The notes beneath the pieces were generated by a model that saw only the letters and a list, made by a program, of their open reading frames with translations, ran no database searches and had not been told where the DNA came from. A DNA stretch of 63,771 bases, filler included, from Octopus bimaculoides (taxonomy: Eukaryota): assembly GCF_001194135.2 (NCBI RefSeq). It is 5 parts of 5 records of this genome, joined end to end, with 100 filler letters (N's around TTAATTAATTAA, not from the genome) between each part and the next. Parts side by side here need not be neighbours in the genome. Positions count along the whole stretch, not along the records: positions 35,380 to 50,282 come from NC_068998.1; positions 50,383 to 60,541 come from NC_068984.1; 3 more parts are not named here. The stretch is one strand, 5' to 3'. Below, piece by piece: positions 37,441 through 52,161 of this stretch; within the stretch, counting starts at the first letter, position 1; each line of letters opens with the position of its first letter. Position numbers and translations under genes: made by a program.

Positions 37441-38459
37441 AAGCCGTGTATATGTGTGCGTATTTGTAAATGAGTATTGAATATATATATGTGTATGTAT
37501 GAATATTTATTTGCACCTGTATGTATATATGCGTGTATATATATATATGTACATGCGTATGTATATGTATCTATATATACGTATATACACACACGCACGC
37601 GCACACATACACACACATATATATATATATATGCACATATACATACGTGGATGCATATAGGTGTACAAAATTTAAATCCGAGATTAAAGAGCCGAATCTC
37701 TTTATGTTTTTATTACCCAATGATGTATTCTTTTGAATTTGCCAGTGCAGTCTCTCATAAAATAGAAGAACATTCTAGTATTGTATATATCAGATAAACA
37801 GAGCTGAATGGATGGCTGCTTGATTGGGAAGTACGGAATTTGATGTAGATGATACACGGATGGAAGTAGAGAAAGAGTGGAAGGCAGAGGAAGCAGAGAG
37901 GCATGAAGACAGAAAGATAGGTAAGTTAATAGGTAGATAGATGAATATTTATATTTATATATATANNNNNNNNNNNNNNNNNNNNNNNNNNNNNNNNNNN
38001 NNNNNNNNNNNNNNNNNNNNNNNNNNNNNNNNNNNNNNNNNNNNNNNNNNNNNNNNNNNNNNNNNNNNNNNNNNNNNNNNNNNNNNNNNNNNNNNNNNNN
38101 NNNNNNNNNNNNNNNNNNNNNNNNNNNNNNNNNNNNNNNNNNNNNNNNNNNNNNNNNNNNNNNNNNNNNNNNNNNNNNNNNNNNNNNNNNNNNNNNNNNN
38201 NNNNNNNNNNNNNNNNNNNNNNNNNNNNNNNNNNNNNNNNNNNNNNNNNNNNNNNNNNNNNNNNNNNNNNNNNNNNNNNNNNNNNNNNNNNNNNNNNNNN
38301 NNNNNNNNNNNNNNNNNNNNNNNNNNNNNNNNNNNNNNNNNNNNNNNNNNNNNNNNNNNNNNNNNNNNNNNNNNNNNNNNNNNNNNNNNNNNNNNNNNNN
38401 NNNNNNNNNNNNNNNNNNNNNNNNNNNNNNNNNNNNNNNNNNNNNNNNNNNNNNNNNNN

Positions 38460-38561
<102 letters not shown>

Positions 38562-40142
38562 GTAAGAAAGAAGGAATGAAGGTAAAAAATATAGGAAAGA
38601 TGGATGGAAAATGGAGAGACAACGAAGAAAGAAATAATAAAGAAAGAAAGAAAGTAATAAGAAAGAAAGAAAGAAAGAAAGAAAGACAACGAAGAAAAGA
38701 ATAGAAGAAACGGAAAAATAAGGAAAAACAGATGAAATAAAAAGTGAAAGAAAGAAAAATGAAAGGCAAAATGAGTTTTAGAAAGAAACGAAAGAAGGAA
38801 AGCAAGAATCATAAACATTAAGAGAGAAACCAAAGAAGAAAAAAAAGAAGAATATAGGAGTACAAAAAGAAGGAAAGGAAGAAAGAGCAAAAGAGCGGCA
38901 AGGAATTAAGAGGAAGAAGAATGAGCTTCAAGATCGCTTTGATTGTATTTACACCAAACTTATCATTTCATAGAATAAACGCAAGACCAGAAAGAAAAGT
39001 TAATGAACAGATTCTGTCCATCTCTTCAAGCGTTTTTTCCTAAATGTAGGCTAGACTATGCTAGCAACTATCATACTGTCATGGCTATGACTTTTAATTG
39101 CATCCGGATGTAAGGCTCTGCTTTGGGAGTTTCAAGGATTTGAGAAGTATGTAACCACCTCTTAGACACTGTTGTCAGGTCTAATCTGATCTCCGGTAGT
39201 AACATCTGACAGTGTCCCTGCTATTGATTAATTAGCATATGAAGGCTTGCCTACCTATGCGTGTGAAGACTGGATCCGGCGAACTCTGTGGAAGAAACGT
39301 CTATGGTTCGGCAGAGGGGAAGGCAACTGCAGTAATGCATTCTAGAAAAACCACGTGATCTGNNNNNNNNNNNNNNNNNNNNNNNNNNNNNNNNNNNNNN
39401 NNNNNNNNNNNNNNNNNNNNNNNNNNNNNNNNNNNNNNNNNNNNNNNNNNNNNNNNNNNNNNNNNNNNNNNNNNNNNNNNNNNNNNNNNNNNNNNNNNNN
39501 NNNNNNNNNNNNNNNNNNNNNNNNNNNNNNNNNNNNNNNNNNNNNNNNNNNNNNNNNNNNNNNNNNNNNNNNNNNNNNNNNNNNNNNNNNNNNNNNNNNN
39601 NNNNNNNNNNNNNNNNNNNNNNNNNNNNNNNNNNNNNNNNNNNNNNNNNNNNNNNNNNNNNNNNNNNNNNNNNNNNNNNNNNNNNNNNNNNNNNNNNNNN
39701 NNNNNNNNNNNNNNNNNNNNNNNNNNNNNNNNNNNNNNNNNNNNNNNNNNNNNNNNNNNNNNNNNNNNNNNNNNNNNNNNNNNNNNNNNNNNNNNNNNNN
39801 NNNNNNNNNNNNNNNNNNNNNNNNNNNNNNNNNNNNNNNNNNNNNNNNNNNNNNNNNNNNNNNNNNNNNNNNNNNNNNNNNNNNNNNNNNNNNNNNNNNN
39901 NNNNNNNNNNNNNNNNNNNNNNNNNNNNNNNNNNNNNNNNNNNNNNNNNNNNNNNNNNNNNNNNNNNNNNNNNNNNNNNNNNNNNNNNNNNNNNNNNNNN
40001 NNNNNNNNTTTGATTTTTCAAAGACTTATTCTCATCAGTTAGGCAGCTGCCCTCTATGATGGCACATGTTGAACAATTATAAATGGCATGTTAGTTTTGT
40101 TAGGAATATGGCATCAATAATTCTTGTGTTAATATTTATGTC

Positions 40143-40350
40143 TAGCCTGGCAGAAACGTTAGCACGCCAGGTGAAATGCTTAGCGGTATTTCGTCTGTCT
40201 TTACGTTCTGAGTTCGAATTCCGCCGAGGTCGGTTTTCTTTTTCATCCTTTCGGGGTCGATAAATTAAGTACCAGTTGCGTATTGGGGTCGATTTAATAG
40301 ACAGGTCCCCTCCCAAAACATTCCGGGCCTTGTGCCTAGAGTAGAAAAGA
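40143..40350 (+). mobile_element. SINE family B, near full length
   Basis: ctggcagaaacgttagcacgcc...gagttcgaattccgcc...gccttgtgcctagagtagaaaaga. Confidence 0.85.
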
Positions 40351-41079
40351 CTATTTATACAATTGTATATTTAAGAGATGATGAATTATGTGCATTATTT
40401 ACATTATTTACATTCAACGGATATTTGTCCTCATCTTTGTGTGTGTGTAGGCATATATGTGTCTGCATGTCTTTGTTTCATCTCGCACCGTTTAACAATC
40501 GCTGTTACTCTGTAGAAATACCCGTAACTTTGCCGTTCGGCAAAAAGATTCCAACTGAATAAGAACCAAACTTAAAAAAGGTACAAAAGTAAACTCAGGT
40601 CACGATTTGATTGGCTAAACATTTCAAGGTAGTGCTCCAGCATGGTCGGAGCCCAATTGCTGAAACGAATAGTGATAATTAAAAAATAAAAGAGAACAAT
40701 GACTTTTCTTTTCTAAGACGTTCTCTTTCACCCCAGGGTCTATGATTTTGAACGGAATCATTAAAAGGAAAAGTGGTTTGGTAGAAGACTTGACTAATGA
40801 CGAATGCTTAATAAAACTATTACGTTATAAGAAAGATATATTGATTGAATTTAATCGATAAATATCGATCGAAAAGTGAAATGTTAATGAAGAAGGAAGC
40901 GGAAGGAGAAGAACCATGGCAACGGTGACAGTATATTTAATACTGTAATGAGGGCGGTGGTGGAAATCATGACGAGGGTGGTGGTGGTGATGGTGGTAGA
41001 ATTGATGATGATGGTGCTGAGGGTGATGGTAGTGGCGGTGGTGTGTATCGATGAACGAATAATGATAGAAGGAATAAAC

Positions 41080-41230
41080 AGGCTGTGTGGTAAGAAGCCT
41101 GCTTCCCAACCACATGGTTCCGGGTTCAGTCCCACTGTTTGGTAGCTTGGGAAAGTGTCTTCTGCTATAACCTCAGGCCGACCAAAGCCTTGTTAGTGGG
41201 TTTGGTAGGCGGAAACTGAAAGAAGCCCAG
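41080..41230 (+). mobile_element. SINE family A head
   Basis: Homology to 63113-63290. Confidence 0.85.
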
Positions 41231-41261
<31 letters not shown>

Positions 41262-41759
41262 NNNNNNNNNNNNNNNNNNNNNNNNNNNNNNNNNNNNNNN
41301 NNNNNNNNNNNNNNNNNNNNNNNNNNNNNNNNNNNNNNNNNNNNNNNNNNNNNNNNNNNNNNNNNNNNNNNNNNNNNNNNNNNNNNNNNNNNNNNNNNNN
41401 NNNNNNNNNNNNNNNNNNNNNNNNNNNNNNNNNNNNNNNNNNNNNNNNNNNNNNNNNNNNNNNNNNNNNNNNNNNNNNNNNNNNNNNNNNNNNNNNNNNN
41501 NNNNNNNNNNNNNNNNNNNNNNNNNNNNNNNNNNNNNNNNNNNNNNNNNNNNNNNNNNNNNNNNNNNNNNNNNNNNNNNNNNNNNNNNNNNNNNNNNNNN
41601 NNNNNNNNNNNNNNNNNNNNNNNNNNNNNNNNNNNNNNNNNNNNNNNNNNNNNNNNNNNNNNNNNNNNNNNNNNNNNNNNNNNNNNNNNNNNNNNNNNNN
41701 NNNNNNNNNNNNNNNNNNNNNNNNNNNNNNNNNNNNNNNNNNNNNNNNNNNNNNNNNNN

Positions 41760-41799
<40 letters not shown>

Positions 41800-42209
41800 C
41801 TAATGATTGAAACAAGTAAAAGATAAAATGTTTATTCAATAGTCTTCGGAGAGTCTATATATCTAATAAATATATTTTGAAATTTCGTTTCCACTTTACA
41901 TTGGTCGGCCCGAAAAAAGACCTGCTTAAGGTGAATCGATCACGGAACAGTTTCATTTTGAAGCGAATTTGCCAATCATACAGCTAAGCGCATGTTTGCA
42001 CTCGCGTACCTAGTTCTGTAATAAAAAATACAAAATTGAAAAAAAGAAAATCGAAAACAAACTATAATTAAAGAAATAAAATAAAAGTCAATGAAAGTTA
42101 CTATAAAATAAAAAAAAAGTTCAATTAAACATCGATTAATCGAATTCCAATCAGACAATACCTGAAGAAGAGAAATTTGAAAAACAACAATAATAATTAT
42201 AATTATCAC

Positions 42210-42255
<46 letters not shown>

Positions 42256-43680
42256 GCGACGATGATGATGATGATAATCATATTTGTGGTGTGACATCAG
42301 CAATTCTGTGGTTGAATAATAAATGACGTAGCGATATTTGGGATCTACATTGAAAGAAAATGTGCTTCGTTCGAAAGAAAAAGACCAAAAAAAAAAAGCA
42401 AAAACAACCAAACAAACAGCAACACAAAAACAAACACAAAACAAGCAAACAAACAAACCATACTCTCGTAGTTATTCGCATATCTGAAACTGTAGGAGTC
42501 AGTATTCCCATAGTATGTATGTGTGTTTGCGTGTGTGGGTGGCGGGGTTAGAAAGAGAGAGAGGGAGAGAGAGGGGGTGATAGAGAAAAGGAGAGTGTGT
42601 GTGTATGTGTGTGTGTGCGGGCGCGCGCGCATGTGTATTTATATATGAATATATATATACATATGTAATGCACTGTTCCGTGATATACATGCGCATGTAC
42701 CTATCGATTTTCACCGGCGCCTTTTAAGTATCTTTTTTAATATATATNNNNNNNNNNNNNNNNNNNNNNNNNNNNNNNNNNNNNNNNNNNNNNNNNNNNN
42801 NNNNNNNNNNNNNNNNNNNNNNNNNNNNNNNNNNNNNNNNNNNNNNNNNNNNNNNNNNNNNNNNNNNNNNNNNNNNNNNNNNNNNNNNNNNNNNNNNNNN
42901 NNNNNNNNNNNNNNNNNNNNNNNNNNNNNNNNNNNNNNNNNNNNNNNNNNNNNNNNNNNNNNNNNNNNNNNNNNNNNNNNNNNNNNNNNNNNNNNNNNNN
43001 NNNNNNNNNNNNNNNNNNNNNNNNNNNNNNNNNNNNNNNNNNNNNNNNNNNNNNNNNNNNNNNNNNNNNNNNNNNNNNNNNNNNNNNNNNNNNNNNNNNN
43101 NNNNNNNNNNNNNNNNNNNNNNNNNNNNNNNNNNNNNNNNNNNNNNNNNNNNNNNNNNNNNNNNNNNNNNNNNNNNNNNNNNNNNNNNNNNNNNNNNNNN
43201 NNNNNNNNNNNNNNNNNNNNNNNNNNNNNNNNNNNNNNNNNNNNNNNNNNNCATATATATATATATATAGATAGATACATATACATACATACACACATAT
43301 AGATATAGACAAAAGAATCATACATCTATCCATATATCCATTCATACATCCATCTAAACATCCGTCCTTCCGTAATACATGCGTAATACATACGTAATAC
43401 ATACATACATACATACATACATACATTCATGCATATGTATATACACACATGTAGCCAACCGAGAGACTACATTATATAGATCTATATTCAAGACAGCGGG
43501 GTGTGGCGTAATTTTCGAATTGTATGTGTTTGTTGTGTTGCTGTGCACACGCGCGTGTGTGTGCCTTTGTTTCTTTTAGTCGTAACTTTTTCTGTACTTA
43601 CTTTCTATTCTTCGTTTGACTTGAGTTTCTTAACACAAAACACGCACACACACGCACACACACTCACACGCACGCGCACA

Positions 43681-43731
<51 letters not shown>

Positions 43732-44056
43732 TCCCTCTCTCTCATATAGAGCATGAGTAGAATGATATTTGGAAAATAATCCAATGAACATACAGTAAAA
43801 TACACGTGCATATACTATATACATATATATATAATACACACACATATATATATATGGTATATATGAATATTTAAATATGTACAATACCTACATACACACA
43901 AATATATATATAGGGAGAATTTACTAAAAAATTTTCCCTGTTTATATATCAATAACGTTGGTTACATATATTATATTGTAACTTGATACTGTATGGACTG
44001 AGATCTCTGATATTAAATGAAATGTTAAATATTACGGCATGCAAATTAGTAACCAT

Positions 44057-44243
44057 TCACCATGATAGATCGCTGACCACTACACACATTTTTTTCTCTC
44101 CTTATTTCTTTCTATGTTCCTTTCTGTGGAAGAGCGTAGGCTCGAAATGTTAAAGACTTTCTCACTTCCCGAGCGTTATACTAATACATCTATTTGTTTC
44201 TACACCACTTGTCTTCGTCTGTTGTTTTTTTGTGAATTCTCCC
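44057..44243 (+). mobile_element. Short repeat of about 190 bp with hammerhead-like motif (44120-44155)
   Basis: cttt CTGTGGA A GAGC gtag GCTC GAAA TG TT aaag. Confidence 0.75.
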
Positions 44244-45284
44244 TATATATATATATATGACGGGCTTCTTTCAGTTTCCGTCTACCAAATCCACTCACAA
44301 GGTAATAGCAGAAGACACTTGCTCAAGGTGCCACGCAGTGGGGCTGAACCTGGAACCAAGTAGTTGGGAAGCAAGCTTCTTACCACATATACACATACAT
44401 GTGTGTGCGTGTCTCTGTGTGTGTGTGTGTATCCGTGTGTGCCTGTTTGTCTGTCTTTGTGTCTACGTTTGTTCCCCACTATTGTTTGACAATCAGTTTT
44501 GGCGTATTCACTTCTCTGTAACTTAGCGGTTCAGCAAAAGAAGGTAACCATTGCGGTCGAATTCTTCGACTAAAATTCCTGAAGGCAGTGCCTCAGTATG
44601 GCTAAATAAATAATATTGTTAATATAAAATTATAGAAGCAGTTATTATTCAAATAAATATAATAAAAACACATTTGAATAAATAAAAATAATAAAATTGA
44701 AGTTTTATATTATTACAATAATATTTATTAAAACAATATTAATATTAAAATAAAAATACTTAAATAATTAATAATTAATATTATTGAAACAGAAATAGTT
44801 CATTTTTGGAAAAGTGAATCTCGAAGTACATAATACTATGAATAATAGTTTAAACTACGTCGAAATACCTCTTGCATAGAGAAAGTCGAAGGCTCAATAT
44901 TTAATTTTTTTTAGCTCAATTTTCACACGTTATCATTAATAGGTTTAAGTTTCTGGAGATTCACTGTTACAAAAAACTTATTTCTCGAAAGTATCTAAAT
45001 TCTAACGACGTCAATAAAACAGAATTATTCAAAGAAATAAAATTTTAACAAATAATATTTAAACAGATAAAATTCAAAAAAATATATTTAATTAAATAAC
45101 ATAATAAAAACAAAAAGTATCTAAATAAATAATTGAATAAAATTAAATAAATCGTAAAAAAACCCCCCTCAGATACTTAAATAAATAAATTATATAAAAA
45201 ATATAATATTTAACCCGTTTCACTGCGAAATTGAATTTCACGATTACATGAATATTCCAATAATAATGTAAAATAGCTACAACA

Positions 45285-45301
45285 ACAACAATAACGGTAA
45301 C

Positions 45302-45374
<73 letters not shown>

Positions 45375-45431
45375 GTAATAAGAGTAATAATAATAATAAT
45401 AATGATGATAATAATAATAATAATAATAATG

Positions 45432-45491
<60 letters not shown>

Positions 45492-45521
45492 GTAATAAGA
45501 GTAATAATAATAATAATAATG

Positions 45522-45599
<78 letters not shown>

Positions 45600-45605
45600 G
45601 TAATA
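45285..45605. repeat. Long interrupted (AAT)n microsatellite
   Basis: Read directly. Confidence 0.95.
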
Positions 45606-46258
45606 GTAATATGCATTTTCTGTAAGTTACGTTGCTTCAGTAAGCTTGATATCTTGGCAAAATAATTAAAAAAAGCTCAAAATAACATTCGTGAACAAAA
45701 TAGAGAATGATATATAAATTGCTTCATGCAGTTAACGGTAAGGTAATTTTAAGTGGGTATATCTGATTTCCGCAGTAAAAGCATTTAACAAATGAATTCG
45801 TAAAACCACATCATATTCGGGAACGGCATATGTAATATGTGTGTGATACACAGATGGCTATAAATTGATAACATTTAAATAAATAAAATTATGTTAACTG
45901 ATGATATTGAAATGAATAAAATTATAAAAGTAAATAACTTTTAAATTAATAAAAGTTATAATTTTTTGTTTTTTAATATTTAGTTGTAGGATCTGGCCTA
46001 GAGGTTAGCCTGAAGGAAAAGTGAATTTTATTCATTTCGCACTTACGACAACTTAACGACTTGTCAGTTACATAATGGAAGGGTCGACGAGAAAGACATT
46101 GTTGGAATGGAGCTTAAGGCATCAACAAACTAACCTTAATTCAACTGTGTATGCATGCGTGTATGCATGTATGTATGTATGTAATTTATGTATGTATGTG
46201 TGGGTACACATACACACACACATATATACGAATATATATTTATGTATGCATATACATA

Positions 46259-46302
<44 letters not shown>

Positions 46303-47797
46303 CTATATATATGTATATATATATATATAAATATATATATATATNNNNNNNNNNNNNNNNNNNNNNNNNNNNNNNNNNNNNNNNNNNNNNNNNNNNNNNN
46401 NNNNNNNNNNNNNNNNNNNNNNNNNNNNNNNNNNNNNNNNNNNNNNNNNNNNNNNNNNNNNNNNNNNNNNNNNNNNNNNNNNNNNNNNNNNNNNNNNNNN
46501 NNNNNNNNNNNNNNNNNNNNNNNNNNNNNNNNNNNNNNNNNNNNNNNNNNNNNNNNNNNNNNNNNNNNNNNNNNNNNNNNNNNNNNNNNNNNNNNNNNNN
46601 NNNNNNNNNNNNNNNNNNNNNNNNNNNNNNNNNNNNNNNNNNNNNNNNNNNNNNNNNNNNNNNNNNNNNNNNNNNNNNNNNNNNNNNNNNNNNNNNNNNN
46701 NNNNNNNNNNNNNNNNNNNNNNNNNNNNNNNNNNNNNNNNNNNNNNNNNNNNNNNNNNNNNNNNNNNNNNNNNNNNNNNNNNNNNNNNNNNNNNNNNNNN
46801 NNNNNNNNNNNNNNNNNNNNNNNNNNNNNNNNNNNNNNNNNNNNNNNNNNNNNNNNNNNNNNNNNNGTGTGTGTGCTTATAACTATGCATGAATGTGTGT
46901 GCGTGTGAATGTGAGTGGTTGCCTGTGTGTGGCTTTAGGTATTTCGTTTATGTTTGTAAATCTTGCTACCCCCTCTACTCCCCTTTAAATCCTGTACGAC
47001 CCCACCCCCACCTCACCCCAACGCCACCACCATCCCGCACCACGACCGCCAGCACCACCCTGCTGTCACTACAACATCGACAATAACCTTCAACAAAGCT
47101 GACATCATCACCGCCATCATCACCAAAGATATTAGTTATGCAAGTACTATCATTATCATCATCCTCATCATCATCATATAATTATTATATAATCACCTCG
47201 CCTTTCACCCAAAATTTCAAGACTTGTGCCTTTAATAGAAAGCAGACAATGCGCGCCATCAAAGTGATGCTGGGGTAAAACATACGAAGCCCAATATACC
47301 CATCATGTCTACCCGTCTGATAAGGGTACGCCAGGCAGCTGCATGACGACCGTATGTGCATGACATGGCGATCTCATATCACGATAAACAGCGCATGACC
47401 TTGCAGGTGGGACCCAGTTAGAATTTTCTTCAGGTCGAGTAGCCCATCCCGCTCAAACGGTCCCTGAAAAAGGGTTGTTTAAGGATGTTGATCAAAACAC
47501 CCATGCTTCCACAGGTGAATTATCCAAACCCCAAAGAATTCCTCTCAAGACATGGCTACGATGCTCCCCACTACTTCTGCTCGAGATCAGAGATGCACAT
47601 ATCGTCAGCCATTAAGGGATATGCTCAACTGCTTAAGATGAAACAACTGACAAGCAAATCTGTGGTATTGAGCAGAATATTTACTGTAGCCCATCTTCTA
47701 TACTAAGACAAGGCAATGCACATGAATACACTGTCAGAAGTGTTTGTTATCTTATTATAATCGTTCGCACAATAACAAACCAGTTCGACCTTTACAG

Positions 47798-48044
47798 CAA
47801 TAATTCTATTTTGGAACGTTGATTCTCGAAGCACACATGTAAATATATTGAGCTGCTCGTGGAATTTCGACTTTTTCTACCTGAATATTTTAAACCCAGT
47901 ATTTACACTGTATCATTTATAGCTTCATGTGTGTTTCGAGATCCACTGTTCCAAAGAAAAATTATTTCACGATCTACTGAAAAGTTATAAATTATTATTG
48001 TAATGTTATACTACAGATAGTAGTAGTAATAGTAGTAGTAGTAA

Positions 48045-48084
<40 letters not shown>

Positions 48085-48610
48085 TGTAGTAGTAGTTGCT
48101 GGCACTGAAAGAAAGAATTATGCAAAATTAGGAAGAATTATTCAAGTAGCAAGCTGGCAGCGTCGTTAAAGAAACGGACGTAATGGTTTATTTTCTCCGG
48201 ATCTTTGAATCCTGTGTTCAAATCCCATTAGGGGTTAAATTTTATCCAATACAGAGTGCCAAAATAATGTACCAGTCATTTACTGAGGTCAAAGGTGTAG
48301 ACCGACACCATCCCCTCAAAACTGCTGGCTTTTTACCTAAACCGTGAATAATTATTATTGCAATAATTCTATTCTGGATCGTTGAATCTCGAAGCACACA
48401 TGTAAATATTGAGCTGCTCGTGGGGATTTCGTCTTTTTTTCTATCTAAGTATTTATAACCCAGTGTTTACATGGTATCATTTATAGCTTCATGTGTGTTT
48501 CGAGATCCACTGTTCCAGAGAAAGAATTTTTCACGATCTATTGAAAGTTTATAAATTATTATTGTAACGTTACTACAGATAGTAGTAGTAATAGTAGTAG
48601 TAGTAGTAGT
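47798..48610. repeat. Two direct repeats of about 250 bp (47798-48060, 48361-48610), each with an internal inverted repeat, flanking a SINE B (48145-48350)
   Basis: CTCGAAGCACACATG / CATGTGTGTTTCGAG in both copies; each ends in (TAG)n. Confidence 0.9.
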
Positions 48611-48772
48611 TGTCGTTGTTGTTGTTGTAGAAGTTGTTGTATCAGTGTTTATGCCATATCATCAGGAGAAAAATCAATATGATATCACATGTCTTCATTG
48701 CTCTTCTTCATTTCACTTCTGTCTTTCTCTCTACTTCTCTCAATGTTCCACCCTAAGTCTCTCTCCCCACTC

Positions 48773-48817
<45 letters not shown>

Positions 48818-48869
48818 TCATACCTTCTCAGGCATACTACTTCACACTTTCTCTTTGTTTCTCTCTTTA

Positions 48870-48910
<41 letters not shown>

Positions 48911-49050
48911 CACCTCCATTTCACATTCTCTTTTTCATACTTATCCTTTATTTTCTTATTTTGCTACACCCCTCTCTCTCTGTTTGTCTCTCTCACACTC
49001 TTTCTCCCTTTTTCTCTCTCTCTCTCTCTACTCAACCTATCCCAACCAAA

Positions 49051-49103
<53 letters not shown>

Positions 49104-49536
49104 NNNNNNNNNNNNNNNNNNNNNNNNNNNNNNNNNNNNNNNNNNNNNNNNNNNNNNNNNNNNNNNNNNNNNNNNNNNNNNNNNNNNNNNNNNNNNNNNN
49201 NNNNNNNNNNNNNNNNNNNNNNNNNNNNNNNNNNNNNNNNNNNNNNNNNNNNNNNNNNNNNNNNNNNNNNNNNNNNNNNNNNNNNNNNNNNNNNNNNNNN
49301 NNNNNNNNNNNNNNNNNNNNNNNNNNNNNNNNNNNNNNNNNNNNNNNNNNNNNNNNNNNNNNNNNNNNNNNNNNNNNNNNNNNNNNNNNNNNNNNNNNNN
49401 NNNNNNNNNNNNNNNNNNNNNNNNNNNNNNNNNNNNNNNNNNNNNNNNNNNNNNNNNNCTGTTTCTCTCCATCTTTCTCACCCTCACTATCATCTGAACC
49501 TCTGTATCCCCATTTCTCCCCCTCTCACTTCCTACA

Positions 49537-49578
<42 letters not shown>

Positions 49579-50858
49579 CATATACATACATGCATTCATA
49601 TATATAAATATACACACACACACACACATACATGCCTACACACATACAATAATCGTTCAGGATCTCATTCAGGCTCTCCTTTCTTGTCTGTTCCTCTTTC
49701 TTTCAGCCAATCTCTGTTACTGCCTACATATCACTCCTCATCTACTCACATTCACTCACTCACTCACTCGCTCACTCACTCGCTAAATCACACGTTTACC
49801 CATATAATCTAAGATTATGTTAGGGCATTCTTTGCAATGATTTTCTGTCTGTGTACATACAAACCTACTTAACTATACATACATGTGCACATAAAACAAA
49901 CACATTCATACATGCACGCGTACAAACTTGCAAATATATATATATGTACATAGCTTCATATGTATATCTATCTATCTATCTATCTAAGAATGGCACGTAT
50001 AAATGACGAAGCCACCTTGACCATGATTCTATAAAACGTTTTAAAATTTTGTAAACAGAGAGTTACTCACGTTTCTTGCTTAAATAAAAGAAATTTTATT
50101 TAACAAACTGTGACGCTAAAGACCGAGGTTACCGTGGTCTTTTCGTAGGTTTTTCTTTCCACGGATAACCTCCCCATTTATTGGGAATTTTTTGTATTAT
50201 TTCGTATTTTTGTAAATACCCCAAACGTTTTGCGATGTTTTTTTTCATCGTTGTCCCCACTTTTGTTTTTTTTTCTGCTTTGNNNNNNNNNNNNNNNNNN
50301 NNNNNNNNNNNNNNNNNNNNNNNNNNTTAATTAATTAANNNNNNNNNNNNNNNNNNNNNNNNNNNNNNNNNNNNNNNNNNNNTATATATATATATATATA
50401 TCCATGTATGTGTGTGTGTATGTATGTATGTATGTATGTATGTGTGTAGTAAATAATGATTTATATCGTAGCAGAAGACCACAAGTTTTTAGAACATAGT
50501 TGAAGATATCGATTATATAGTATAACTGGTGAACGCTGTTTAACAGATATATTATATAATCGATATGACAGTGAAAAATCTAAGCAAAGTTCAGTCCTGC
50601 AGGATTTGCTCTCATAATTCATAGAGATGTGATTGGATAATTCAGGACATTTTACCGACACTCTAATGATTTTGTCATCCATCAGTTTAATTACATGTTT
50701 GATATTGGTTTCTAAGTAAGGCTAAATGTTACATATTTATACGGACGATAGAGCTGATTGATAGTTCTTACTTATATTTTAATGACCGAGGAAGTATAAA
50801 GCACAAAATTGACCATGGTGCGATTAGAAGTCAGTACATTAAATACTGTACATTTTGT

Positions 50859-50994
50859 AAATCTCTAAAGAGGCCTAGTACATCATGCATGTACCCCCAT
50901 TACATCATTTTCCTCTACTAATTACTCCAGCGCACTGGAGTTATATAGATAGAATGGGGCATGCCAACACTAGGTCGAAACAGCTGTAAGATTT
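50859..50994 (+). ncRNA. Second copy of the long-stem-II hammerhead, core mutated (CTAAAGA)
   Basis: 50853-51021 aligns closely with 15253-15420. Confidence 0.85.
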
Positions 50995-51999
50995 TGTCCC
51001 TTCTCCAATTGCTAGATGTCCAGTAAATACAGTAAATACCGCAAGTTTTTTTTCACAGATGTTCCTTACCGATTCGGACAATCACTCTTCTAATATTACA
51101 TTTGTGAGAAGGTTGCGGGCTGACAGGATCGTTAGCTGGTTGGGTAAAATCTTAGCGGCATTTTGTTCGTCTCCACTTTCTCAGTTTAAATTTCTCCGCG
51201 GTTGGCTTTGTCTTTTGTCTTTTCAGGGTCCATAAAATAAGTACCATTTGACAACTGAGGTCGATGTAATCGGTATAACCCCGCCTTCGAATTTCCTGGC
51301 TTTGTGCCGATCTTGAAAACAATATTACGTAAGTACGCACTCTACTAAAAAATTGCCTGTCTGGTGCTGAAATCAGAAGCATTTCATTTTCACATACTAT
51401 AGAGGTAGATTGATGGAATTGTAAGCCCCCACCCAACTCAAAAATCGATGGGTTTCTGCCGAGATTAGAAACAATTGATTCCTCCAAATTAGAGTGGTAT
51501 ATTGGCAAAATGTATGGGAATAAATATCACGGAGTTTTGAGAAGCAAATTCACAGATCTTCAGATTCGTTTCAATAAGGAATCAATACTTAATCAAGTAT
51601 TTCCGATTTTAAATATTGCAATCCACTGTTCAACCTGATTATTTGCATTATTTGACTTTTTGCCTTACTCACAACTGTGGGGAGGGTGCAATTGAAACTC
51701 TTGTCGTTGTTTTCCTCAATGTCAACACCGGTGTATCTTATCTCTGGACATCTCGTTCGATAGTCAGGCGTAGAATATCTGGGAACAAACTATCGAGAGA
51801 GAACTTCGTCTAATTGATAGAAGATAGACTGTCTAAATGGGAGGAAGCGATTTCTAGTAGAGCGAATGACCACATAGTGGCTTCTAAAACTGTTCGAAGT
51901 GGTTTGACATATTTCATCTCTTTTTTATCTTTTATGGGTTTCAATCATAAGATTGCGGCCATGCTGGAGTACTGACATCAAGAGCTTAATTAGCCAAAG

Positions 52000-52122
52000 C
52001 GCTTATTTTTAAAGTCTGGTACTTATTTTATTCACTCTCTTCTGCCGAACCGCTACTTCACGGGAACGGAAACAAACCAACACCAGTTGGTTGCGAAGCA
52101 CTTGTGGAGTGAGTACAAAGTG

Positions 52123-52161
<39 letters not shown>

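Noticed and set aside
40009-40045. Minus-strand CTGATGA...GAAA next to a gap
   Set aside because: Stem II is weak and stem III/I fall in N; cannot be evaluated.
42160-42190. CTGAAGA...GAAA (also 45897 and 46010)
   Set aside because: Core fragments without stem III, cleavage triplet or stem I.
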